A stretch of 24,000 nucleotides of DNA from an archaeon HR01 (GTDB lineage Archaea; Thermoproteota; Nitrososphaeria_A; Caldarchaeales; Caldarchaeaceae). The DNA lies in the NCBI GenBank assembly GCA_002898355.1, contig BEHD01000012.1:1-24000 (forward strand), in the 5' to 3' direction. A model generated the notes under the pieces. The model was not told the DNA's origin and made no database searches. It saw nothing but the letters and a program-made list of their open reading frames with translations. The position numbers and the translations under genes were made by a program. Position 1 is the stretch's first letter, and each line of letters begins with the position of its first letter. Shown one piece after another: positions 16,808 through 24,000 of the stretch.

Positions 16808-17835
16808 CCTAGAAAGGCGTCGAGGGTGCCACCCAGCCTCTTCACCCTCTCACCCAACGTGTCTAATGCCTTGGAGACCCTCTCCTCCGAGAAGTCGTAC
16901 TCGCCGCATAGGAGGGAGATGACGCCTGCCCTGTCCGGCTCGGACCATTCAAGGCGGTAGCTATCCGTTACCTTGGGGCTTCTGAAGAGCTCTCTGACAG
17001 ACTGATAGTCAAAATCTAGGGATACCGCGCCCTCCCTGACAGCCCTATCTATCGAGCCGTGCTCCCTCACGATCTTCAACGCTGTCTTGGGCCCCACACC
17101 CTCGATGGGCGGTGAGTAGTCAGTCCCCACCAGTATCCCGATATCTATCAGCTGCTCCCTAGTGATGCCTAGAAGTGAGAGGGCTTTATCGAGATAAATA
17201 ACCTCCGGCTGGACCTCCACATACTCCTTCCTCCCAGGGAGCTTCCTCCTCCCAACTATGGATAGGTTCCTCACAAGTCTTGGAGAGCCGAAGAGGAGGG
17301 AGTCCATGTCCTGGGAGCCTGAGGCGTATGCGTCCCCCTTGGCGGCCATGTGGGCGGCCTGAGCCTCCCCCTCTGATGGAGCCTTCACATAGGGGACGCC
17401 CATACGCTTGAGCAGCTCCACCGAGCTATCCACCATATACTGCTCGAGGGATGCAGACCTCTGGGCCATCTTCCTAGCTGTCTCCAGGTCTCCAGCCTTC
17501 AACGCCTCGGCATATTGCCTCCTCGCCTCACTCCTTACGGATGCACGCCTCTCGATAGTCTCCATCTTCTGCTCCGGGGGCCTGCCGTCGAAGACGTAGA
17601 CCGGCTTCAGCCCTTCGGCGAGGAAGTTAACGGTTCTGAAGAATAGGCCGCTGAGATGGCTGGTTATCCTACCCCTCCTGTCCATTAGGGGCCTTCCATC
17701 CACACCCCTGATGGTGGAGAGGAACTGGTAGAGGATGTTGTAGGAGTCTATCGCTATTACCCTTCCCGAGAGACCCTTGATACTCGTCTTCTCCACAGCC
17801 TCTGGGGGGATGATGTCTCCTATCCGAACACCCAC
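16804..17835 (-). CDS. fen: Flap endonuclease 1 (FEN1/XPG family), 343 aa
   Basis: MGVRIGDIIP...IAIDSYNILYQFLSTIRG.DGRPLMDRRGRITSHLSGLFFRTVNFLAEGLKPVYVFDG, PSEGEAQAAHMAAKGDAYASGSQDMDSLLFG, ILVGTDYSPPIEGVGPKTALKIV. Confidence 0.97.
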   Translation of the reverse strand: MGVRIGDIIPPEAVEKTSIKGLSGRVIAIDSYNILYQFLSTIRGVDGRPLMDRRGRITSHLSGLFFRTVNFLAEGLKPVYVFDGRPPEQKMETIERRASVRSEARRQYAEALKAGDLETARKMAQRSASLEQYMVDSSVELLKRMGVPYVKAPSEGEAQAAHMAAKGDAYASGSQDMDSLLFGSPRLVRNLSIVGRRKLPGRKEYVEVQPEVIYLDKALSLLGITREQLIDIGILVGTDYSPPIEGVGPKTALKIVREHGSIDRAVREGAVSLDFDYQSVRELFRSPKVTDSYRLEWSEPDRAGVISLLCGEYDFSEERVSKALDTLGERVKRLGGTLDAFLG

Positions 17836-17867
17836 ACCTATAACCCTCTACCGCCACAAAATAACCT

Positions 17868-18875
17868 TTAAAGCCATAGGTCTATCCGGGCAATCGCCTG
17901 AGAAGGTGAAACCTCCTTAACCATCCTCGAGGAGACGGCCACCACCTCCCGCCCCTCAGACTTTACTGTCTCGCATGCTGTCCTCACTTTTTCATCTAGG
18001 TTGTTTCTCACTACTGTGTAGAGATGTATCACCCCTCCCCGCCTAGCTAGATGTGTCGCAGCCGGGAGAAATTCGTGGGAGCGGTGGGGTAGATTCATTA
18101 TAACCCTGTCAGCCACAATATCCAGCCCTTCGAAGACTGTGGAGGAGTCTCCGAAGAACGCCGTAACCCTATCCTCTAGACGGTTCAGCCTTATGTTCTC
18201 CACGAGATATCTGAAGGCGTATCCGTTCTTCTCCGCCGCATAGACCCTGGCTGTCTTGTTCATCTTAGCCAGAACTATGGAGAAGGGGCCTACGCCTGCG
18301 AACATGTCCACCACCACCTCGCCCGGTCTAGACTGCTCCGCTATCCGCCTCCTCTCTGTGGAGAGTCGGGGGTTGAAGAAGACTTTGGAGAGGTCCAGCC
18401 TGAAGATGCATCCGGACTCTCTATGGACAGTCTCAGTCTCGGGGATGCCAGCCACGACTCTGTACTCTCCCACCCTCTCCTCACCTGAGACGGGGCCTGT
18501 CTTCACCAGCACCGTCTTGATGTTGGGATGCCCCTCCAAAATCATCAGCCCTATCCTCCGAGCCGTCTCAGCGTCCAGCTCCCTGTTGATTACGGCTATG
18601 GAGCCCACCACGTCGAAGGATACGCCAGGGCTGGAAGGCGGCCTCCTCACACTTCTCACCGGTAGCATGGCCTCCACTAGGTTGCAGCCCTCAGGAAGGT
18701 TATCAGCTGGGGATTTGACAGGTATGAGGATGTGGGAATCCTCACCCACTATGGCCCGCTCCATGTCTAGGAGACCCCTAAAATGTAGAAGCCTCCTCAC
18801 AGCCTCACCCATCCTCCTCGGCACCCTGACAGCCAGCCCCGGGGAGGTCATCACCTTATTGCTGGAGGCAGCCAT
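17868..18875 (-). CDS. trm5: tRNA (guanine37-N1)-methyltransferase, Trm5 family, 335 aa
   Basis: VEAMLPVRSVRRP..., SIAVINRELD, FRLDLSKVFFNPRLSTERRRIAEQSRPGEVVVDMFAGVGPFSIVLAK, VIMNLPHRSHEFLPAA. Confidence 0.94.
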   Translation of the reverse strand: MAASSNKVMTSPGLAVRVPRRMGEAVRRLLHFRGLLDMERAIVGEDSHILIPVKSPADNLPEGCNLVEAMLPVRSVRRPPSSPGVSFDVVGSIAVINRELDAETARRIGLMILEGHPNIKTVLVKTGPVSGEERVGEYRVVAGIPETETVHRESGCIFRLDLSKVFFNPRLSTERRRIAEQSRPGEVVVDMFAGVGPFSIVLAKMNKTARVYAAEKNGYAFRYLVENIRLNRLEDRVTAFFGDSSTVFEGLDIVADRVIMNLPHRSHEFLPAATHLARRGGVIHLYTVVRNNLDEKVRTACETVKSEGREVVAVSSRMVKEVSPSQAIARIDLWL

Positions 18876-18904
18876 TTATAGGGGTATGGAGCCCCAGTAT
18901 TTGG

Positions 18905-19249
18905 ATGTGCGGTATCTGCGGGGAGCTCCAGTCCTACATCCACTGGGCTGAGAGGGTTCCGTGGGAGGAGTCAGAGCTGGCCGAGTCGGGCGGCGGGATG
19001 GCCAGGTCTCTCCAACGCCTCAGGATACGGAGGGCTGCGGTGGTTGCGAAACTTCTCTCAGCCTACGGCCTGGAGTTCTCCCTCTGGCAGGGAGGCAAAT
19101 ACATCCTAAGCGATAGGAAGGGTGGGACGGCAGTGATAAACGACATGGCCCAGCTCTGGCCGGCGATACACAGGATACTCGGCAAACCATTCGACCCACT
19201 AGACCCAAAAGTCCTCGAAAGAATCAGGGCCGGTGGGACGCTTGACTAG
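18905..19249 (+). CDS. Hypothetical protein, 114 aa, begins MCGICGEL; coupled to the downstream CobW-type GTPase
   Basis: Coding-like ORF, divergent from trm5, ends inside the start region of the GTPase gene. N-terminal CxxC; C-terminal ILGKPFDPLDP. Confidence 0.75.
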   Translation: MCGICGELQSYIHWAERVPWEESELAESGGGMARSLQRLRIRRAAVVAKLLSAYGLEFSLWQGGKYILSDRKGGTAVINDMAQLWPAIHRILGKPFDPLDPKVLERIRAGGTLD

Positions 19250-20222
19250 AAAGGTTATAATTCTCACAGGCTTCCTCGGCAGCGGTAAGACAACAATCCT
19301 AAGGGGGATAGTCTCAAAGTATCGGGACAGCTCCAGGATTACGGCCATAATCAACGAGCTGGGGGAGGTCTCGCTGGACCACTACCTGGTGAGGACTGTG
19401 GGTGAGAGGGTTAGGCTCCTAGGAGGCGGATGCGCATGCTGCAACGTAAGGGATGACCTCGTGAATGCTCTACGGGAGGAGCTAAGCCTCGAGATGCGGG
19501 GGGTCAAACCCGTCTCCGAGTATGTTGTGGTTGAGACGACAGGTTTAACAGACCCCTCACCCATCAGCTTCACCATCGAGACAGACCCAGTCCTACAACA
19601 CCACTACAGGGTCCATAAGATTGTCACTGTCGTGAGCGCCCTCAACGGTGAGGAGGTTCTGAGGATGTTTGATGTGGCGAGGAAGCAGCTGGCCATGGCC
19701 GACCTCGTAGTGGTCACCAAGGTTGACCTGGCTCCGTTGGATGAGAAGCTGGCCAGCCTGATAAGCTCCATAAACCCAGCGGCCGAGGTTGTGCAGGCTG
19801 TGAAGGGAGATTTGGAGCCTGAAATATTCCTAGCAGATGCTAGGACACCACAGCGTCTGGAAAGCGGCGGCCCAGCCCTAGCCAAGTCCAGCCTTCTATC
19901 GGTTGTCTTTGACGGCGAGGTTGATTGGGCTGTATTCGGCGTCTGGCTCAGCGCCCTCCTATATGTTCACGGTGATAAAATACCTAGGGTCAAGGCTGTG
20001 ATAAGGATAGGTGGAGGCGACTTTGTTATCTTGAACGGTGTACAGCATGTCATACATGCCCCCGAGCATTTCAGGGCCGGGCCGGGTGAGAGGTCGAGGC
20101 TGATGATGGTGACTATGGGTGTGGAGCCCGAGCGGATTCTCGAGTCGTTCCAGGTCTTTCACTCAGCTTTAGGCGGGGCCAGCTCTGGATGGAGTGTCTC
20201 CACGAAATCTTTCCATCCTTAG
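19233..20222 (+). CDS. CobW/P47K (G3E, COG0523-type) GTPase, putative metallochaperone, 329 aa
   Basis: VIILTGFLGSGKTTILRG Walker A, VRLLGGGCACCNVRDDLVNAL (CxCC metal motif), VVETTGLTDPSPI, VVTKVDL. TTG start at 19242 also possible. Confidence 0.93.
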   Translation: MGRLTRKVIILTGFLGSGKTTILRGIVSKYRDSSRITAIINELGEVSLDHYLVRTVGERVRLLGGGCACCNVRDDLVNALREELSLEMRGVKPVSEYVVVETTGLTDPSPISFTIETDPVLQHHYRVHKIVTVVSALNGEEVLRMFDVARKQLAMADLVVVTKVDLAPLDEKLASLISSINPAAEVVQAVKGDLEPEIFLADARTPQRLESGGPALAKSSLLSVVFDGEVDWAVFGVWLSALLYVHGDKIPRVKAVIRIGGGDFVILNGVQHVIHAPEHFRAGPGERSRLMMVTMGVEPERILESFQVFHSALGGASSGWSVSTKSFHP

Positions 20223-20641
20223 ATGAAGAGGGCTAGGGTCTTGGGGTCTGACGCTATCTCTAGGAAGGTGGATGCGCCGATTATGTCGTCCACAACCTCA
20301 ACCAAGTCCTCCTTCTTCATTCCGAAGAGGTTCATCGTGGGTGAGCAGGCGTAGATTTTCACACCGCTCTCCTTAGCCATCCTAAGCATATCCAGAAGGC
20401 TTGGCATGCCGCCTCTGGAGAGAAGCTGCTCCAGCTGCTCCTTGCTGACCCCAAGGTCTACCGAGGGCTTTATCGACTCGGCCATCTGCTTGGTGAGAAG
20501 CTTCATACCCCCGAAGGTGAAGTAGAGATATGCCTCCTTCCCCTGCGCTACCGCCGTGGTGGCTAGAATCAGGGCCGGGTACAAGCCGTCAGCTGTCCCA
20601 CGGCTTGCCACAATCACCAACCGGTTCTTCTCCTCAGCCAA
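20219..20641 (-). CDS. DsrE/DsrF-like (DsrE2-type) family protein, 140 aa
   Basis: LVIVASRGTADGLYPALILATTAVAQGKEAYLYFTFGGMKLL..., GVKIYACSPTMNLFGMKKEDLVEVVDDIIGASTFLE: DsrE2-type fold signature with the conserved Cys. Confidence 0.88.
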   Translation of the reverse strand: MAEEKNRLVIVASRGTADGLYPALILATTAVAQGKEAYLYFTFGGMKLLTKQMAESIKPSVDLGVSKEQLEQLLSRGGMPSLLDMLRMAKESGVKIYACSPTMNLFGMKKEDLVEVVDDIIGASTFLEIASDPKTLALFI

Positions 20642-20648
20642 CCACCCC

Positions 20649-20897
20649 TCACCTCAGCCTCTGGATGAGAAAACGATATACGCCGGCCTGGGTCTCGGCC
20701 TCCTCGACAGCCACTATCTTGTTCCCCGTCTTCCTAGCCCATGATTCGAGGTCTGACTTTGAGGCTGGATCTGTAGCCAGAACCTCTATGACGTCTCCTA
20801 TGTTTATCTGGGTTATGGCTTGACGTGTCTTCAGCACAGGCATCGGGCACATCTCTCCCCTGACATCAACCGTCAGTACAGGTTTAACCACTGACAT
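20649..20897 (-). CDS. tusA: TusA/SirA-family sulfur carrier protein, 82 aa
   Basis: VDVRGEMCPMPVLKTRQAITQINIGDVIEVLATDPASKSDLESWARKTGNKIV: CPxP active site motif. Confidence 0.93.
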   Translation of the reverse strand: MSVVKPVLTVDVRGEMCPMPVLKTRQAITQINIGDVIEVLATDPASKSDLESWARKTGNKIVAVEEAETQAGVYRFLIQRLR

Positions 20898-20920
20898 TGC
20901 ATGATGTTTATGGTGGGCGA

Positions 20921-20929
20921 ATATATATA
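20921..20929 (-). promoter_or_regulatory. Candidate TATA box for tusA-dsrE
   Basis: atatatata 24-32 nt upstream of the tusA ATG on the minus strand. Confidence 0.45.
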
Positions 20930-21105
20930 GTTTATTATCCTGAACATATCATAAAATTTATTGTTTATTAGGCTTTATACATAGTTCAGCGGGCGAAGGG
21001 GGTAAGGAGAACCGTCATCTCTATCCTGAAGGCCTTCACATACTACGGGTAGAGGGCTGGAAATTTGTTGATGTTTATTACAGGCGGATGTCCGCATAGA
21101 ACTGA

Positions 21106-23229
21106 ATGGCTAAAGATATTATCTGTGGAATGTATGTGGATGAGGGGAAGACACCTTTCAAAGCCTCGAGGCATGGTGTCGAATACTATTTCTGCAGCGA
21201 GACTTGTCTTCAGCAGTTTCTCGCACCGGAGAGGGAGTTTCGCACCCTCAAGATATTGACTGTCTTCAGCCTCTCCCTCGGAGGTGTTACAGCCATCTTC
21301 GAATATCTAGTACCGGCATTCCTGGGTGTGGCCCATAACTTTACATGGATGGGGCTGCCCAACTATCTCTGGCTCTTCTTCTTCGCCACACCTGTCCAGT
21401 TCATAGCGGGGTGGAGGTTTTACAGGGGGACATGGGATGCGGTGAGGGCTCGGCAGGCCAACATGGACAGCCTGATAGCCATCGGGACGACCGCCGCATG
21501 GCTATACAGCACCCTCAACACATTCTTCCCCACCCTCCTAATATCCTCAGCCACCGGTGGAGGGCCGTCCGTCTACTTCACCGAGTCTGGGCTGATAATA
21601 GGCTTCATCATGCTTGGGAGGGCGATGGAGCATCTGGTCAAGGGTAGGGCCTCGGATGCGATTAGAAAGCTGATGGACCTACAGCCAAGGCTGGCCAGGG
21701 TTCTGAGAGACGGCCGTGAGGTTGAGATACCTGTCGAAGAGGTTGCCGTTGACGATGTCTTCATCGTTAGGCCGGGTGAGAAGGTTCCCGTGGATGGTGT
21801 GGTGGTTGAAGGCTTCTCCACCGTCGACCAGTCCATGATTACGGGTGAGAGCATACCTGTGGAGAAGAATGTCGGGGACGAGGTTATCGGCGGAACTGTC
21901 AACAAGTCAGGGGTTTTGAAGGTGAGGGCTACGAGGGTGGGAGCCGATACGACGCTTTCAAAGATTGTGGACATGGTTCAGGAGGCCATAGTATCCCAGA
22001 CACCGGTCCAGAGGCTGGCGGACCTCATCTCCTCATACTTCGTACCCGCAGTAGTGGTTGTGGCGGTGGCCGCCTTTCTCTTCTGGAATTATGTCTGGGG
22101 CCTACCCTTCTCTCTCTCGCTCATCATACTCATCTCGGTGTTGATAATCGCATGTCCATGCGCCCTCGGTATTGCGACACCTGCCGCCATAATGATTGGC
22201 GCCTCAAAGGCTGCCCAGCAGGGTGTGCTGATAAAGAGCGGTGAGTTCCTTGAGAAGGCCCACAAGCTCACCACTATTGTGCTGGATAAGACCGGGACCT
22301 TGACCAGGGGTGAGCCCTCTGTGACGGATGTTGTAGCGGTCTCTGCCGTTGGAGACGAGGTCTTGGCTTTGGCGGCGTCGGCCGAGTATGGTTCGGAGCA
22401 CCCGCTGGGGCAGGCTATTGTAAAACACGCCTTATCCAGAGGTCTTGAGGTTAAGCCGGCGGCCTATTTCGAGGCCGTCCCAGGGCATGGGGTTAAGGCT
22501 GTAGTGGAGGGAAAGACGGTTCTGGTGGGGAGTAGGAGGCTGATGAGGGACAACGGTGTCCCCGTGGACCAGACCGTTGAGAACGTGGTTGAGAAGTTGG
22601 AGGATGAGGGGAAGACAGCCATGCTCGTGGCCGTGGACGGTAGGGTGACGGGTGTGGTTGCGGTGGCGGACACTTTGAAGGAAAACGCAGTAGAGGCCGT
22701 AAGTAGACTCAAATCCATGGGCCTGGAGGTTGTAATGCTCACAGGCGACAATAGAAGGACAGCACGAGCAATAGCTGGGAGGCTGGGGATTGAGAAAGTT
22801 CTTGCGGAGGTCCTGCCCGCCGACAAGGCCCGGGTGGTGGCTGAGCTTAAGCGGGAGGGGAAGGTTGTGGGTATGGTGGGTGACGGAGTCAACGACGCTC
22901 CAGCCCTAGCTGCTGCTGACATAGGGTTTGCGATTGGGAGCGGGACAGACATCGCCAAGGAGACGGGAGGAATCATACTGATGCGTGATGACGTCATGGA
23001 TGTGGTCAAAGCCATAGTCCTAAGCCGTAAAGTCATAAGAAAGATAAAGGAGAACCTCTTCTGGGCCTTCGCCTACAACGTAGTCCTCATACCCGTGGCA
23101 GCCGGCGTCCTCTACCCCTCTCTTGGGCTCCTGCTCAACCCAGTGCTGGCGGCGGTGGCCATGGCTGCGTCATCCATTACGGTCACGCTCAACTCGATGA
23201 CGCTGGGCCGGTGGGGCTTCAGACCCTAG
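21106..23229 (+). CDS. copA: Copper-type heavy-metal P1B-ATPase with N-terminal YHS domain, 707 aa
   Basis: N-term [35 protein letters not shown] (YHS); CPC metal motif [14 protein letters not shown]; [11 protein letters not shown] phosphorylation site; [18 protein letters not shown] hinge. Confidence 0.95.
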   Translation: MAKDIICGMYVDEGKTPFKASRHGVEYYFCSETCLQQFLAPEREFRTLKILTVFSLSLGGVTAIFEYLVPAFLGVAHNFTWMGLPNYLWLFFFATPVQFIAGWRFYRGTWDAVRARQANMDSLIAIGTTAAWLYSTLNTFFPTLLISSATGGGPSVYFTESGLIIGFIMLGRAMEHLVKGRASDAIRKLMDLQPRLARVLRDGREVEIPVEEVAVDDVFIVRPGEKVPVDGVVVEGFSTVDQSMITGESIPVEKNVGDEVIGGTVNKSGVLKVRATRVGADTTLSKIVDMVQEAIVSQTPVQRLADLISSYFVPAVVVVAVAAFLFWNYVWGLPFSLSLIILISVLIIACPCALGIATPAAIMIGASKAAQQGVLIKSGEFLEKAHKLTTIVLDKTGTLTRGEPSVTDVVAVSAVGDEVLALAASAEYGSEHPLGQAIVKHALSRGLEVKPAAYFEAVPGHGVKAVVEGKTVLVGSRRLMRDNGVPVDQTVENVVEKLEDEGKTAMLVAVDGRVTGVVAVADTLKENAVEAVSRLKSMGLEVVMLTGDNRRTARAIAGRLGIEKVLAEVLPADKARVVAELKREGKVVGMVGDGVNDAPALAAADIGFAIGSGTDIAKETGGIILMRDDVMDVVKAIVLSRKVIRKIKENLFWAFAYNVVLIPVAAGVLYPSLGLLLNPVLAAVAMAASSITVTLNSMTLGRWGFRP

Positions 23230-23447
23230 CGTCTATAAACCGGGACCGCAGTATATCCACTCCTCCTCACAGCCTCGACTATCTCCTCCTCCGTTGTTGC
23301 GGATGGGTCGTAGTCCACCAGTATCAGGTCAGCCACGTAGTTGGCTCCCACCTTCTTGACGCCCCCCAGACTTTTAAGGGCCTTCCTCACCGGTATCAGA
23401 CATGTGGAGCATGGGGCACCCACAATCCTCAGCCCAACCCTTCTCAT
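23226..23447 (-). CDS. HMA-domain metallochaperone (CopZ-like), 73 aa
   Basis: [73 protein letters not shown]: CxxC HMA motif and beta-alpha-beta pattern. The ORF track start (23843) is far too long. Confidence 0.88.
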   Translation of the reverse strand: MRRVGLRIVGAPCSTCLIPVRKALKSLGGVKKVGANYVADLILVDYDPSATTEEEIVEAVRRSGYTAVPVYRR

Positions 23448-23513
23448 ACCATACAGCCATAGTATAATCCGTCTTATCTGCTTATTAGCTGGCAGATTAA
23501 AGGGGATGTTGGG

Positions 23514-24000
23514 ATGGTCCAGCTGGAGAGGCTCTCCACAGGTGTGGCTGGGCTGGACAACCTGATAGAGGGCGGCATACCCAGGGGCTTCTTCGTGGCG
23601 GTCACAGGGGAGCCTGGATGCGGAAAGACCATCCTCTGCATCCACTTCATAGCTAAGGGGGTTGAGGAGGAGGATAGATGCGTATATGTCACGACTGAGG
23701 AGTCGAGGGAGTCCATCATCAGGCAGGCCTCCATGTTCGGAATCGACCTGGGGAAGGCCGTCGAGAAGAGGAGGCTGATCATCGTGGATGCTTTGATGGG
23801 TGAGGAGAGCAGGTGGTCTCTCAACTATCTGGATGTGGAGCATCTACTGGAGAAGGTGGTGGAGGCTAAGAGGGAGCTGGGATATGGTAGGGCGAGGCTG
23901 GTTATCGACTCCATGTCGGCCTTCTGGCTGGACAGGCCAGTCATGGCACGCCGCTACTCCTACACCGTAAAGAAGGTCCTCTCCAAATGGGATTTCACGA
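23514..24000 (+). CDS. KaiC/RadA-like RecA-superfamily ATPase, 5' part only (runs off window)
   Basis: My translation from ATG 23514: MVQLERLSTGVAGLDNLIEGGIPRGFFVAVTGEPGCGKTILCIHFIAKGVEEEDRCVYVTTEESRESIIRQASMFGIDL...RLVIDSMSAFWLDRPVMARRYSYTVKKVLSKWDFT; Walker A GEPGCGKT and Walker B RLVIDS. Absent from ORF track because no stop lies in the window. Confidence 0.92.
   Translation, partial: MVQLERLSTGVAGLDNLIEGGIPRGFFVAVTGEPGCGKTILCIHFIAKGVEEEDRCVYVTTEESRESIIRQASMFGIDLGKAVEKRRLIIVDALMGEESRWSLNYLDVEHLLEKVVEAKRELGYGRARLVIDSMSAFWLDRPVMARRYSYTVKKVLSKWDFT

Noticed and set aside
18256-18951. 231-aa plus-strand ORF
   Set aside because: Entirely antisense to trm5, which has clear family motifs; low-complexity shadow ORF.
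21065-21259. 64-aa plus-strand ORF at the copA start
   Set aside because: Overlaps the YHS-domain coding region in another frame; no recognisable motif.
22464-23036. 190-aa minus-strand ORF
   Set aside because: Antisense to the P-domain region of the CopA-type ATPase; repeated Ser/Thr composition typical of shadow ORFs here.
23226-23843. 205-aa minus-strand ORF from the track
   Set aside because: Only its last ~73 codons (23447..23226) look like a real protein (HMA domain). The upstream part is antisense to the KaiC/RadA-like gene and has no coding features.
1-24000. Search for CRISPR arrays, toxin-antitoxin or defence-island genes
   Set aside because: No regularly spaced direct repeats, Cas, restriction-modification, retron or toxin-antitoxin signatures were seen by reading. 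The only mobile-element trace is the IS110-like remnant.

Overview
The window is a gene-dense archaeal chromosomal segment. Marker genes include RNase P Rpp21, ribosomal protein S19e, aEF-1beta, FEN1, Trm5, CDC48, A-type ATPase subunits and a probable RpoP. TACK/Aigarchaeota-like affiliation is inference only. Most of it is core or housekeeping sequence, with some metal and sulfur handling genes towards the right end: a CobW-type GTPase, a DsrE-TusA pair, a YHS-CopA P-type ATPase and an HMA metallochaperone. I did not find a convincing new defence or mobile system. The observations I consider most worth a second look are: (1) both tRNA genes (Lys-CUU and Gln-UUG) carry an 18-nt insertion in the D arm that looks like a non-canonical archaeal intron; (2) an un-annotated, frameshifted remnant of an IS110-family transposase between the Rpp21 gene and an aminotransferase; (3) a 44-nt perfect nucleotide repeat between the D1 and D2 Walker A regions of CDC48; (4) a small CGIC-starting protein overlapping a CobW/G3E GTPase gene; (5) a DsrE-TusA sulfur-relay pair; (6) a YHS-fused copper ATPase next to a convergent HMA chaperone; (7) four convergent gene pairs that overlap by exactly 4 nt at their stop codons. 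The last gene, KaiC/RadA-like, runs off the window edge and is missing from the supplied ORF track. All family calls are from reading motifs; no database searches were run.
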